From Cercozoa sp. M6MM (Eukaryota > Protista > Endomyxa: Ascetosporea): a DNA stretch of 64,000 nt. A model generated the notes under the pieces. That model was not told where the DNA came from and ran no database searches. It saw nothing but the letters and a program-made list of their open reading frames with translations. The stretch lies in NCBI GenBank assembly GCA_040357565.1, contig JBDODJ010000005.1; one strand, 5' to 3'. Positions within the stretch are counted from its first letter, which is position 1. Each line of letters starts with the position of its first letter. This document shows, in pieces, positions 27,084-41,625 of the stretch. Position numbers and translations under genes: made by a program.

Positions 27084-30000
27084 TTAGAACACTGGCACAA
27101 ACGTGCTTCCAGTGTTTGCGTTTTCTCGGCCGGGTCTGGTTGAGGCATAAGTCGCTGGTTGAAGTTTCGCAGAGCTTTCCCTGAAATTTAAGCGCCCTGT
27201 TGCAGAATACTGTACACCACGACTGCACGGGTCAGGTGTTTCTCGACACAAGTGATATAGTTTATGGCTACCGTTTAATGAGACCACAGTACCTTTCAAG
27301 AAACAACTATCATTTACAGCTGGCGGCTGTTGGAAAACAAGGAAGTTTATTCAGGGTGCGCAACTTCCGTTCTGCAAGCGGCCAGGAAGTAGTCGTGTAT
27401 ACACTCGCGCTGACTGCGGAGGTAGAACGGCTTGCGCTTCTTGTTTTGTCGGTATCTGTGCATCGTCTTCGCCCTGGAACACAATGATGCGCGGTCAAAG
27501 CACACGAACATGGAGGGCTGTGTACGGGAAGAATACCACAGCTCAAAGTCGTCGTGCATGCGCAGCATGGCAAGTAGTCGACGCGAACTCTTGCACAGCT
27601 CGTAGATGGTGAGACCCTGGAGACCAAATTTGGCAAAGGTGTATGCTCACTACAAGGGATTGAACAGATGGGTAGTACAGCGCGGTCTCGGATGTCAGTG
27701 CGAGGTTGGAACACTTCGCAGGCAAGCAAGCGTTTTTTTTTTGTCGAAGGGAAAGTGGAAGGTCACAACAACAACTTACTCATCAAGAGTGTGAAGATCG
27801 CTGTGTTCCCACTTGCAACTGCTTCCATCAGCGCTGTCTGTAGTGGCAACTTAAAGTGTAGGGCCACAAGCAATCGAAAGCTAGGCCAGGTACCCGGCCG
27901 TCCATGTTGTTCTGGTCAATCGCTCGGCAGGTGGGCGGCGTCAGGGGCATCTCCGACTGCTCGACGGCGATGTTTAACTCCGAGTCTCGTGTTTTATCAG
28001 CGCTGTCGCACTTGTTTCCGTGCATTCTACGGTGACAGTGAAGTCATCATTTCTGAGCAGTGTCATGCGTGTCTCCTGCAGCTCGTAGAACTCGCACAGC
28101 ACATGCACTGTGCTGAAGCAGCCCGATCGAACTGCCACGGTGAGTGGACTGTCGCCGTTGATGTCGTGGAGTCGTCCGTTCGCACCATGCATCAACAACG
28201 CTGTCACGTGGACGGTGCGCTGTCCCAACTGCGCCGCGTGGTGCAACAACGTGCGGTTCAAGTCACCAGTTCTCAGGTCCACCACCTTTCGCGGATCACA
28301 GCTACGCAGTGTGTTGAGCTGCGCGTATGCACGCACGCACACACAGTAAATGTACGATAAAATTATGCAGTGGGCTTCAGATCTCACATCAGTCATGTTA
28401 TGTGATCAACTGTAACCGAAACCGGAAACTGATAAACTGAGCCCTACCAACAAACGGAAGTCATCCCGCTCAATAGCCCGAAGGAGCTTCACATTCACTT
28501 CGTAAATCTCTTGTTCGCGGACGTGCGGTCTGGCGCCCTGCAACATGAAAAGAACGCACGCAGAAGTGAGTTGGAATTACAACAAATAGAAAGCGCGCCC
28601 AGTTTACCTTCGGGGTCGGCAAGAAGGAGCGACGATTTGTGACGTCACTCAGCATGATAGAACGGTAGGCGCGCTAAGGTCTTGTTCAAAAGACGAAGGC
28701 TCTTGTTTCAAGTGAAATGTGACAAATCTGTCTGCGAAACGAATCGCGGATACGGAAAAATCTAACGGCTGTTCATTCGCAATATCAATACAGTTGCAAC
28801 AGGGCGATCATTTGCTACCGTCGATACAGTTGGAACCAAGCTACCGATCGATCAATTCAGTGTGATGAGTGGTCTTGCAAAAGGTACCACGGCAAAGTGA
28901 CCAACTGGCCCGTGATGAGAGATTTAGTCAGTCCAGTCACGACAGCGAGGCACGTGCGACATGACGCAGCACGCGCTGAAAGCGGCGGCAAAAGGTGTCC
29001 TCGCCACTGTTGTCGCAACGCGTAGCAGTCTCGGTCACTCTCCTGTATTAAAATAGGGTATTGATTAATCCCTCGTCGTTCAGTTCGGGAAGGCTTTCAG
29101 TGCTTACGCGAGAGCTTCGACAAACTCGTTCCACTCAAGTGTCGCCGCGTGTTGCGGGTTCATGTCGCTCAGGTCCTAAAAAGTCATACCAGTCGCACAT
29201 TGAATTGGCAGCTTATGAGTGCTCGGCAATCTGGCGGTGAAGCACCTGTGACATGCCAAAGCACAACGCGAGTTCTCGTCGCGACAGCGAGCGCAGTGTG
29301 ATGCCGTTGCTGTTGTTACCATTCATTCAGTTAGCGGCATTAATATCAAACTTCATTGAAAGAATGACTCTACCGTGCTTCCGGCTTCATCCGTGGGTTG
29401 AACAACGATGCTGCTTCGCACATATCGTGCCACTACAATGAAACTTCATACTGCTCTCGATAGAATTGCCCATGTAGATTGCGGGAGCGGCACCTGCTGT
29501 TGCGAAAGTGAGTGTCGTTTGCTCTCTTTGCGTTCGCCAATCGCCGCAAAATGGTCGAACACTTTGCGTATCTAAATTTATAATATCCAACTTTGCATGC
29601 AACTTGGAAAGGGTTGCTGTCACACCTTGCGAGCCACCTTGGAGAACAATAGCTGTGCGTCCTGTGCACTGACACGCTGTTTGAGTTGTGCTGCCTGTCG
29701 CAGTGTCTTGATGGTCGCACTGTGTTCCGACAGCACATGCTCTGTCAACAGTCGCTCCGTGCGATCGACCAGCGGTTCGCTCCTGTACCAATAAAGACTG
29801 CACACTCTGCACGTGTAGTATTGACACAAACTGTACGAATCAGGGAACTTGATGGCCGCTAGTCGAACAACAGACTCAATGAACTGAAGGACAGAAAAGC
29901 TAGCATGGGATGCGTTATGTCACTGACCTCAGTACCTCGCTTCGAGTAAAAAGATGGTCAGGATTGCTCTCGTCACCCTGTGGCTGTGTTATCATCTTTG

Positions 30001-31985
30001 CCTGTTATTATTCAAGAAATAACACCATACAACTAGCGTTTGGATGGAATGGCAAAGGTATGGGTAAATTACAGTGACAGTGCCGTCAGGATTCACAATC
30101 TCCTCAAACTCTTCCTCGACGTTCACTCTCTGTGGGACGTTAAGTGTTGACACATACGCAACTTTAACGGATTGGGTGCCGCGTTGGTGTACCTTAAACA
30201 CTTCGTCCACTCGCTGCATCGTGAGTCGCTCGTCCAGCAGTTCGAAGCACTCCTTTGAGAATTGCCCAAAGGCCAGCATACCTGTACAACAAGTGGAGGA
30301 AAGTAAGTACGACAGAGTGCAGATTGTGTACCCATGTAGGAGTTCGTGTCGTCGGACAGTGTGATAACACAGAAGTATTGGAACACTTGCACAAGTTGCT
30401 GCACACACAAACATACGACTGCAAACTGAACTCACTTGCGCAAGATTTACATTGTAGTGCTGGCGAAGGAGGTCCTTGATTGGTGCTCGGTTTGCGGCAC
30501 CTTGCACCAGATCAGCAAGCTGAATCTCCTTCCTAGGGTTGAGAATAAAGATATCAGCCATCTTGGTGTGCATGAAGTAACATACCAATCCTGAGCGAAC
30601 ATCCGATCAAGAACCTTGTCGGACGGCAGTTCGACTGCCACAAAATCCCACTTTCGACGGACTTGCTATTGTGTCAACAACAAAAAAATCGATATTGTCT
30701 AACTAGGTATCTCACAATCACACGAAATAATTCAACGTACCTGCTTGAATTGAGAGATTTCTGCGGTGCTTTCGCTGCTTCTGTGTGGTTTCTGAGAGAC
30801 TAAAAGCGAAGAACGAGTGGACAGAAGACTGGTGTCATGAGTGCCTTTGTCGCTGATTGCGTTGAGCGTTTCGACACTGCGTGCACTGTACGAGTTGCCA
30901 AAGATAGCGCGTGTGCGCAAGTCGGACTTTGAAGCCTTCAAACTGTGGTATTGCATGGAGTCCTTGTTTCGGAAGAGTGAGTAGTCCTCGGTGTCGGTAA
31001 CTACGACACTGATTCCGCGCGGATCATTGACACTCTCACTCTCGCTGTAGTTGTTGTAGAACGAGTAGAGGTGCACGAGAAAGGCAAAGTGACACGTCAT
31101 TCCTGCCGGGATGTGGACCGTGGCCGCAAAAATTCTGCTGTCACTCTCACTGTCACCGTCAGTGTCACCGTCAGTGTCATCACTGTCAGTATCAGCGTCC
31201 TTCACATGGCTCCGCTCCGTCCTTACCTGCTGCAGTTCGAGCGGCACTTGCCACGCTGCTCCCCGGCATTCCCATACCTGTTTATGCGAGAGGAGAATTG
31301 CGATCAGATTTACCATCCCAGTCGCCAATCGCCCAGACACGGTTGATGCTGTCGGCCCTGAAACCGTCGCTGCACCGATGACTGTCGAAGCGTATGGTGA
31401 CAGGAACCAAACCGCCATTGGACGCGCTGCTTGCGTAGGCGAGTTTCTCCCACATGGTTTCACTAAACATAACAACTGGACAATTAACTACCTTGCATCT
31501 ACGGAAACACACGGATACCCTCGGAACCTCTCAACCGAGTGTCCGATCAGACGCACATCAACGACGACTTCGATATGTCCGTCGTCGTGCTTGCTTTGGC
31601 GTATCAGTTGCGGCAGCACCTGGCGTAGTTGGGACTGCGGCGACAGCACCTGTCCATTGACGCGCACTTCACGTGGAACCAGACGTGACCAGGGCACATT
31701 GTGAAAGTCCGCGTAACGGTTTCGAGTCACGGTAGCCAGCCAATAGACGGTTTGACAGCACACATTGTCTCCAGCACTACTAGCATCATCAGTGAGTGCA
31801 CTTTCGATGCCATCGGTGATGATTGCATCCTTGCCGAGAAAGACTCGGCTTTTCCACTCGCGACAGCGCACTGAGAGCCAACCGTCAAACTGATCGATCC
31901 TGTGATCTGAGAAGGTCTCTCGTTTCTCCTGACGATCTAATTCTCGGCAAACCCGTTGGACGTGCTCAAGTGGTATCTCACTCAT
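27084..31985 (-). CDS. Large multi-exon protein with a CBM48/AMPK-beta-like glycogen-binding motif and ankyrin repeats (single-gene status inferred)
   Basis: VWAIGDWDG|WE..WQVPL..FAATVHIPAG..HFAFLV (31070-31330) is CBM48-like. RTLLHHAAQLG and GDSPLTVAVRSG (28030-28320) are ankyrin repeats. Confidence 0.6.
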
Positions 31986-32244
31986 GTCCCTACCCAAACT
32001 AAAAGCTTTCGAGCGGAGATTACGCACGAAGGAGAAACGATTTTCTCAGATTTTGGTTTCTGGCAGAATCCGCGTGGAGACGATCCTCGAAAGGGCAAAC
32101 TTGGCTCACTGAGCTCTAGACTGGTCCAGCCAGCCCCGGTGTGTGCACCAGCGATTGTTAGGCAGGTGAAGTACATAGCGCATCTAACTAACGATGTGCT
32201 GCTATCGATATGTTTTTGGTTTTCCAACTGCCGGTCTATGCCGT

Positions 32245-35200
32245 TTAGTTTTTCTTGTGGTCTTCTAATTCGAGTTTAGCCCGACGCAACTGTGTTTGCA
32301 AAATACGCACCTGTTGCAGAAACAGGAGATGAAAGAAAGAGACATCCTTGGCAAGGTGCGAATCGTGTGGGTGCGTAAGTCTACCTGCTGTTTGAGACGA
32401 CGCACCTGATGCGATTCGGCAGCCACAGAGCTGTCCATGTGTCAGAACGTTAAGCCCCCTTTTACCGACTTAGATAGACGATAAACTAGAGTACCTGTTG
32501 CCGTTGCAGACACGGCGCGCAATGGCACCGTACTCAAGTGCCGAGGCAGTCTCGGAGTAGTCGCTTCGTGTGGGTGCCACCGTGACCAGCATGACGGTGC
32601 GCGCGTTACTACCAAGTGTGTCCTCCAGTAGACGTGTCAACAAACTTGTTCGATATGGCACATGCGTCTCCTTGCGTGCCAAAGACGTCAGCACGTTTCT
32701 TTAAACAGAGGAATACAAGGAACCTCCTGCACTGATACTCAGTCAGTGTGTACCCGAGCGCAAGGAGCGACTTGTTGATCGACTGTGCCTCACGCAGTCG
32801 TTGTCTGTTGGGACAAGTCATGTAGACCAGAGGATTCACGTAGACCGAGATTGTGTACTGGTGTGCTCCACTGCGCTTGACACATTCGCTTCCGGCGAGA
32901 TCGACCAGTGCCAGCTTACCGACTCTACTCAGGGGGGGGGGGGGTAACCTGAGAACAAGGAAAACAAAGAAAGGAAAGCTACGTGACGCGCGAGTCGTCG
33001 TGACTGACGCGTTTCACGTTGATGAAACACACCAGGTGCGAACGCGACGAATGCCCATTCATCGAGGTTGCCTGCTCAGTCTCTAAGATGGAACTCTTTC
33101 ACACAGCACAAGTTTAACTTACGGCAACGAAACGCTTCTGCTCTGCCGTCTCCAAAAAGTGCAGCAATTCACTCTCGTTTTGCACTGTCAAACAGGAGGT
33201 ATGAAAAAGGCAGGGGAAGGACAAAATTGAGGTACCGGGGACATCACGACTGCCATGCACATGAACGATACCGTCGTCGCCCATGACAATGCGCAGTCGG
33301 TCCGACTTGTTGTTGCCTTTGCCACTACCACTGGCACTGTCGCTATTGATGTCGGTACAGGTACTCTCGGTGTCATTGATGTCTTCAATGTCGCTTAGGT
33401 CGCGCAGTTTCTCCTGGTACACCTCGCTGTTCAGAGAGGTACAGTTCTGCGAGGATGGGACAGAGGTGATGACAGAACCTACAACAGCTGAACAGAGACG
33501 TCGAAGCGAAAGGGAGCGCCCAAACGACGCTGTTCCTGAATAAGTCGCCACAACTCTCGCACGAAACGCGGTCGCAGACCGTGGTTGCGAGGCTCCGCAC
33601 CGCCTGCCATGGTCCAGGTCTTGCCACTGCCGGTCTGACCAAAGGCCAGCACGGCCACGTGCCGACCTTGCAGCACCGTCTGTGCCAGCCGTCGCAACGG
33701 TTCGAACACCTCCTGCTGCGTCGCTTCCGTGCCGTGCACCTACAAGCAGGTGTATGGGTGTCGAAACAACAATACAGGTAGGTTTAACGAACCTGAGTGA
33801 AGGTGAACTCGCGCTGAGGCGCCAGCTGACCACTCGCTTTGTGTTTGCGTTGACTGCGAGGTGGGTGGAAGGAGTCATACAGTAGGGGACAAAAGGGGTT
33901 GAAAAAGGGTACGGGGCCAATGCAAGGACCTTGTCGTCAATCGGGTGCACCACGACCTTGTTCTTCGTGTTGCCGGGCAACTCGTCCGCGCGAATTGGCG
34001 GTCGAATACGTACGACGACTCGCACGTGCCCTCGGAGATCCTGCCGATGCGCGCAGATGTGCAAAAGGAAGAGAAGGTAAGGCAGGATGGTAAAGCACCT
34101 CGATCTCGCTGAGCAGACGTCCGTTGTCGCGTCGGAGTGCATCAAACATTTCGCGTCGCTCTTCGTAGGCTTGTCGCACTGCATAGAAAGAGTTAAAGGT
34201 AGTCCCAGGCGTGATATCTGATAAAGAATGTAATAATTACGCTGTTCCTCGCTGAGTTCTTGCTGTCGCTCGAGACGCTTGCGCAACTGACTGCGTTCGC
34301 TTTCTTTTCAACACAAAGGCAGAAAAACAATGCGCAAAAACAAGGGAAATACAAGAACTGAACTAAAAATCTACCGAGATCAGAAACCAAACTTCCAACA
34401 CGCTCGAGTTCTTTCGTTCGTTGCCTTTTGGAGACAAAACACTTAGTTTATCCTTCCTTCGCCCTTCTGGGCGAAAATAAGTTCTTACGACTCGAGTGCC
34501 TGCAGCGAGGCCGTCAACGAATCAACGCGTTCCGACGCCGCGTGCAGTTCCGACTAAGCATCGCAAATGTACAAGGACTGTAATAGATAGGAAAGAGAGA
34601 AATAGAGTGCATACCATGGACATTGTGGTGCCACAGGCGACGGACACCGAAGTGGCCATGGAGGCCAGACTGCCCTTCTTGCTGTCGTCGAGATCGTTCG
34701 ACGAAGAGGTAGCTGTCTGCACCTGCACCGACACGAGGCTGCTGAGACCGCTGCTGGACTCGCCTAAGCGCACACACACACATATACTCCAGGTGCTTGC
34801 CTTTCCTTTGCACTCCCCTGAACCAATACCATTGCGTGAACGAGTGGTGGTGGGCACACATGGCTTCACATTGCCGATGCCGACAGAGTTGCTACTACCG
34901 TCGTCGTCCATGTCAGCATCATCGTCCAAATCACTTAAATCCTTGTCCTAAAGGCATTCGCACAATAGACACAGAAGAGTAGGTAGGCTTAAGGGAAAAG
35001 GTACAGTAGGAGGTCCACCAACATGATCAACCATGCTATTGAGTCGACGTCGTTGCAGCAGCTGCTTCGTCTTGTTCCTCTGTGGAACGGGCAGTCCTCC
35101 CGAAAGTCGAGTGGCAAACGACGAGGCGCCCGACAGCAGACGCACGTAGGGTGCCGTCGCCGAAGGCAGCACACGGCATCGCACAGTCACGGCAAAGTAA

Positions 35201-35883
35201 CCCGGCATGAATCTGCACACGCAAAAACACTCAGTTTCATCATGTGTCCGGAAGTGCCCCTTTTAATCAAAGCAGAGGTTACGTTTCTTCCAGTGGGAAG
35301 CGCACGCGATAAGCACGTGGCACCGTGGTAGCCGACACACTGGCGAACATGTGCAGCGGCACGTTGGCACAGCCGACAAAGCACGCCTGGTCGGTCCCGG
35401 TGGCAGAAGGCGAGGCCACAAAGGCCGTGAGACGCGCGAACTTTGCCTCGAACGGCGACGTGTTCTCTTGGTCCCGTCGCGCCTCTTCCATCTGTCGCTC
35501 GCGTTCGCTGCGCTCGCGACGTCGCTGTTCGCGTCGCTGTTGTCGCAGAGTCTTCTTGGCCGAGTTGTTCTGACCTCGCGCGATTTGCCGTTGCCAACTT
35601 TGCTGCTGCTGTTGCGAGGATTGGTCTGACGACGACAATACACTCGATGAGTCAGTTGCATTCGAACTGGCATCGCTTCGGTTTGAAGGCGACTGCTTGG
35701 TCAGAACCTGCTTCTTGCCTGCTCCCAGCACAGGACTACAATCCACGCCTGCTGGCGCACGGCAGGACGAGTTGAAGCTACATGCGCATGCCGCTCATAC
35801 TTAAAAAAACCTAAGTACAACTGTACAACTGTACCTGCGCTCGCGCAAAGTGACCACCTGTTCGATTGTTTCGACAAAGACAT
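32245..35883 (-). CDS. Kinesin-14-like motor protein (motor domain C-terminal to a coiled coil)
   Basis: Neck DLRGHVRVVVRIRP, P-loop GQTGSGKT, SSRSH, LVDLAGSE, INKSLLAL and HVPYRTSLLTRLLEDTLG. The start is approximate. Confidence 0.9.
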
Positions 35884-36455
35884 ACTTGCGCGTGTTGTGT
35901 CGTTCAGCTGTCACCACTCCGGACACCAATTGCTGCACAAGGAAGGGCCAATATTAATAACGGAAAGCTCTGGGGAATGGAGTACCTGTTTTCCGCATTG
36001 CCAGGCAAATCCTTGTGACAACTTGCACAACTTGCGAGGGTCCACACGAACTTCCTGCAGCCGCTACTTAGTCATAGGTTGCGAGTGGATTAGGTTTGCG
36101 GATACCGAGTTCTGTTGGCGCAAGCTTTCGTTTGAGTTGTACCGCAGCGCATGCACAGTAAGGGAGAACTGAAAACTGAACCGTTGTCCAGACCGCCCAC
36201 TATCCACCTCGCTCATCCCGGGCAGTCGCAGTTTCAAGTTTCAAGCTCGCCGTTTAATAATACCACTCTACTGTACCTATCCGAACCTTTCCATCAGGCA
36301 GGAAACTATTCTTCCAAACACGTTTCCGCGCGGCACTTTCGCGTTTCGTGCGGCGATACACAATAGTGTCATGCGGCGAGACATCTTGTGTGCTTTGACG
36401 AACATGTATGGTACTCGATGAAGTGGCATGGAAATCGCAGTCTCGAGCGAGAGTG

Positions 36456-37667
36456 CTAGCTGGAACGGCTCGTGAGCTGTTGCTTGGCACCAGCTTTCAC
36501 CGGGAAGACGAACTCGCACTGCGAAAAAGCAGGATCAAACCAAAGAAAAGAGAGCAGAGAAAAGAGTGCACGATACCACACAGTCGAGTACATCATCCGG
36601 GAGATTGGTGGCACCACTCTGACTATGCAGGGTCAGCACAGCACTTCTCACGCACAGGCGAATCACGTCGTCGAACTTGTCCACCTGAATCAATCCATCA
36701 CAGCAAACTTATCAAACAAATGAAACTGGTAACAGTGGGACACGATCTAAGAAGTACTAATTTGTCTGCCTTGCGTGCCTGCGTAGCAAAAGCAACAGAG
36801 AAATATACAACTGGAAGCAAAACGGAGTGAAAGAAACGGGCAAAGGTACGACTCTTGCGACAGCAGTGTCGACACTGCCTAGCACAGTGCGCAGGTGCTT
36901 AGCTATCAGTTGTCGCGACTCCACGTTGAGTCGACTTTCGTGGTGCGCGTCAAATTCTTCCGGATCTACACATGACATGCACAAACACACAAACACGGAG
37001 TCGTCACAGGCAAGGAAGTGATGATACCAAAATTTTCGTTGGTCAATTCTTCGGCAAGCTGGTCGAGGTCCAACCCGTCTGACTGCTCAAGAAACACGCA
37101 TTCCCAAAACGCACACTAAAAACAAAAGAGAGTCAAAGAAACCTGCAGCAGCAAAAAGAGGCGTCCTCGCTCGTTCTCATTGATAAGCATCGGCAGCAGT
37201 TGCACTCCTGTGAACTCACGCGAAAAGTAAGGCGAGCAAACATGCTACAACTGTACAGTAGTTTTACTCTTTCCATAGGCAACTGTTGGCAGTTCTGAAG
37301 GTGCCTAAAGATCACACATCAAACAATTTGTTGTACGGACATCTACACATACTAGAGCGTATACCTCAACAATAGAATCCGGTGTGGCAAATTGCAACAT
37401 GCGCGACAGCACCCTTTGTTTGTCCTGTCCCGAGAGCCAGTGCAGACAGGCGTACCTGTTCATATCGAAGTATAAACAAACAAACAAATAAGATATCAGT
37501 ATATGTATCTGCTGCATATCTACATATAAGGCGTAGTACCACGTGCTGATACGCATGCCCTGTCGCACGTACTTCTTGTTGCTGCTGTACAATGACACGT
37601 TTGAGCCGGACGAACAGAAGCGAGGATTGCCAAAGTGACGTATTGCTGCACTCTCCGCGTGTCTGCC

Positions 37668-37711
<44 letters not shown>

Positions 37712-40448
37712 GATACATGTACATACATACACACAGACCCAGAGGTCTATATTTTGTACTCGAGAATGCGGCGCAACATGCGTCGCAGCGTCAGTGTTTT
37801 CGAAAGGTACAGTAGGTTGCCGTCCTTCAGATCTGTCATACACAAATGCTCATACACATGCATAGGGCAAACATAAGAGAAAGAGAAAGTGAGAGAGGCA
37901 AGGGTACGGTGCAGGATGAAGTGTCCTCTGCGCACTTCGTCATCCTCTCGCAGCAGTTCGACTTCGTGTCCATCAGAGAACCACTTGACCACGCACTCAT
38001 CATCGGCATCGCTACCTGCGTATAAACTTTAACTTGTACAAATACTACACAAACGATACAAAGATAGGAGTGCATTACCAAAGGTGCTGCCATGGCCGTA
38101 TCGATCGGGCCAATGCCAGACAAAATGAAGCGGCGACACCACAGCATCCATGAGACGATCCTGTGTGTTTGCCATTGTACACACTGCACATGTAAACGTC
38201 CAAGTATATGTGATAAGCTACACTGTCTTCAGACTCGGTCGACTCAGTCTGATCGGATGTTCCCACTCCTACAAAAGCACATCACACACTGTTCAGATGT
38301 GCGTGAGCAAGGCCTACCACAGCCGCGGAGGAACCCGCGGTCCAGTTGTTGTGCGTCGTACAAGAAGGTTGAGGTCACGTCTTCATTCTGCAGTTACACA
38401 CTTGCACGTATACACGGGTGCATAAGACACACAAGCACCAGGTGTTCGATCGAGAGGCCACAACAACACGGCGAACGAGATAGACGAATCAATGCGCGTG
38501 TTGGACACGTCTCTACACATACAAACATACACACACACACACACACACAACTATGTTTTGACTGAGAAGAGAGAAAGCCTACCCTCGTGCTGGGTCAAGC
38601 AGCTGAGAATGTCGTCGTTCTTGCGCATTTCCTGCGTACAGCGTACAACATACATCACACACACACACCACGCACATCACACATACACACCACACACACC
38701 ACACACACACACATGTGTGAGAGAGAGAGAGGGAGGAGAGAGAGAAATACATTGAGCTCGGGAGCCACGCGTGCGACAAACAAAAGGTGCCGTAGGACTG
38801 TAGAGTCGGTCACCAGGACCTAAGCAAGTGGAGACATACACACACACACACACACACAGGTAAAACAACATGCATATGTCAACAGGTACCCCATTGTGCG
38901 GATCCAGACGATACAACAAAGCGTGTGCGTCGCTGCAAGCAGTGTAGTTCAGCATTCCGCCACTGTGTTTGTTGAGCGTGTGAGTGTGTACAATAGCAGT
39001 TGCATACGATACGTGCACATACGAAAAACGTACAAACTGGCAGTAATGGTGCAAACACGTTCTTGATCGTCTTCGATGGCCTGTCTAAATCGGACTCTCG
39101 CACGTCGCGCCTTTGGCATCGTGGCCAGCATCACTGTGCACATATGGAAGCATAGCAAGGCGGCATTGGTGAAACAAGTAGGAACCAAAGGGAGAAACAC
39201 AAAAAGGGGGCAGGGACACAACCCACAGTGCAACATCGTTGGTGCCATCGTGAGTGCCTGCGACAGCAGCTGCAGACCCAGATCGAATTTCGCGAGTAAA
39301 TTCGCCGTGTTTATTACCACGCGCAAACTCTGTCTGTGCTAGGGTTAAAGGGAAACTGGTAGAAAGATTGCGGACAGTGTCGTACGCATAGTGTGTGCCG
39401 AGTCTAAATTTGAGCTCCGAGTTTGTTTTCACTTTGCAAATGTTGCGCAGCTGCAAAACAAAGGCGTCCACCCGTGTCGACACAGACACACAAAGAGAAA
39501 GTACCTCGCACAGCATGTCTGGGTTTTCACAGTGCAGCAACTGCGACCACAGCGAGTGAAATGTCTCAACTTCGTTTTGGGTCACCTGTGAGTGTACACA
39601 CGCGTTTGTGCATAACATTTTGATGCGAGGTAATGAGTTTTGTGGTCTTTGCACTACCCTGTAAGCAGAATCAGGCGTCAGTTTCGTGTCCTTGCTCGGA
39701 ATCCATTGATACTGCACAAGTACCTTCATGATATGCGTGTTACGAACGATTCAAGGTGAGTATATCGATCTGGGCTACCGAGGCAGGCATCAGAATCTGC
39801 GCCATCACACGACGACGCTCTTTGGGCCCAAGCTTCTCTGCCCACAGAAACAAATACAAGTAGCACTGAGTTTAGAAAGGGGCAGAGAAAGGGAGAGACA
39901 AGTATACCCAGAATGGTATCTGACCCGTACTGAGAGAAGATGCTTGCTGTGGCCATACGTGTGCATGAAAGCATGCGGTGTTCAACCAACAGACCACATT
40001 ATGGACTAAAATACGGTTGGGCGCTGAGCTGAAAAAGCGCGTCTTAAGGATTCGTTGCCACCTCTTGCTGCGCACCCTGCGAACACACTTTGGCGTACAA
40101 ACGAAATGCAGACACTGCCATTAAAACAGCACGCACCACTCGGAGATGGGTTGCCTTAGTCCGTCTGCCACAGAAACCGTGAACTGGACGGATTGAGGAC
40201 ACACATACACATACACGACACGGACACAATGCACAGCGCTGGCCAATTGCGAGTCGCACCAGCGTGAAAGCGACAGTGACGGCCACCTGAGCCACAAAGC
40301 CTATGTGTGAGTTATTCCTTGACAAAGGCGGGATCGGCGTCATTCCGAGCCATGGCCGCAGGTCCTGCTCAGACACCACGTTGCTCGGGCACATGACAAC
40401 AACAAAATCGCACTGCGCTACCGGGATCAAGTTCACACCCTTCCACAT
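36456..40448 (-). CDS. Novel multi-exon protein, tandem paralog A, with C-terminal F-box-like motif
   Basis: Exon series is colinear with 40762-45411 (for example QWIPSKDTKLTP, WSQLLHCENPDMLCE, GGMLNYTACSDAH). It ends NLPDDVLDCV|CEFVFPVKAGAKQQLTSRSS*. Confidence 0.7.
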
Positions 40449-40761
40449 GGAGAGTAACTCAGGCTCTCAGTCACTTGAGAGGCGTTGCTACTACCTGGGT
40501 GTGCAATCGCAACGTGGTAAGCCCTGTTCTGCGCACTGTGGAGTAAAACAACTGTTTTTTTTTTGAGTGAGTTTCAAGTTCGCGGATCATCGCAACACCC
40601 ACATGAGCAGTCACAACCTCAAGCATATGTCACTTCTGGCTTACTGACGTACTAGTACAGCACGGTATTGAAGTGTCACTATCGTTGAGGCGCGCGAGTT
40701 TCAAACTCCAAGTCGGAACTGTAATTCACTTTCAGTTTGCAACTAAGAGCTTGCAAACAAG

Positions 40762-41572
40762 TCAGGGAATGTCGACTCTCTTATTCACTGACAACACAGA
40801 CTCTGGTGAGCTGGAACGGCTCGTGAGCTGTTGCTTGGCACCAGCTTTCACCGGGAAGACGAACTCGCACTGCGAAAAAGCAGGATCAAACCAAAGAAAA
40901 GAGAGCAGAGAAACGAGTGCACGATACCACACAGTCGAGCACATCATCCGGGAGATCGGCGGCACCACTCTGACTATGCAGGGTCAGCACAGCACTTCTC
41001 ACGCACAGGCGAATCACGTCGTCGAACTTGTCCACCTGAATCAATCCATCACAGCAAACTTTTCAAACAAAATGAAACTGGAAACAGGGGACACTAAATT
41101 ATTTAAGAAGTACCAATTTGTCTGCCTTGCGTGCCTGTAAGGAAGGCAAAGCACACAGAGTGATATACAACTGGGAGAAAAACAGAGTCAAAGAAACGGG
41201 CAAAGGTACGACTCTTGCGACAGCAGTGTCGGCACTGCGCAGTACCGTGCGCAGGTGCTTAGCTATCAGTTGTCGCGACTCCAGGTTGAGTCGACTTTCG
41301 TGCTGCGCGTCAAACGCGTTCGGATCTAAGCAATAAACACGGAAACATACAGGGTCCGTCCTCAAAGGAGCATGGACAAAGTGATGATCGATACCAAAGA
41401 TTTCGTTGTTGAGCTCTTCCGCCAACTGCCCGAGAGTTGGGCCGTCCGACTGCCCAGCACGCAGTCCCAAAATTAACACAGTCGAACAGAACAAGAGACA
41501 AAGAAACCTGCAGCAGCACAAAAAGATGGCGCTGCTCGTTCCCAGTGGTCAGCATCGGCAGTAGTTGCACTC

Positions 41573-41625
<53 letters not shown>

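Noticed and set aside
37740-37760. In-frame TAG conserved in both paralogs (LEYKI*), suggesting stop-codon reassignment or readthrough
   Set aside because: An intron starting GTACAA just upstream removes it and restores the frame. Conserved genes end in TAA (RPL17, cofilin), TAG (Prx) and TGA (kinases), so the standard code fits.
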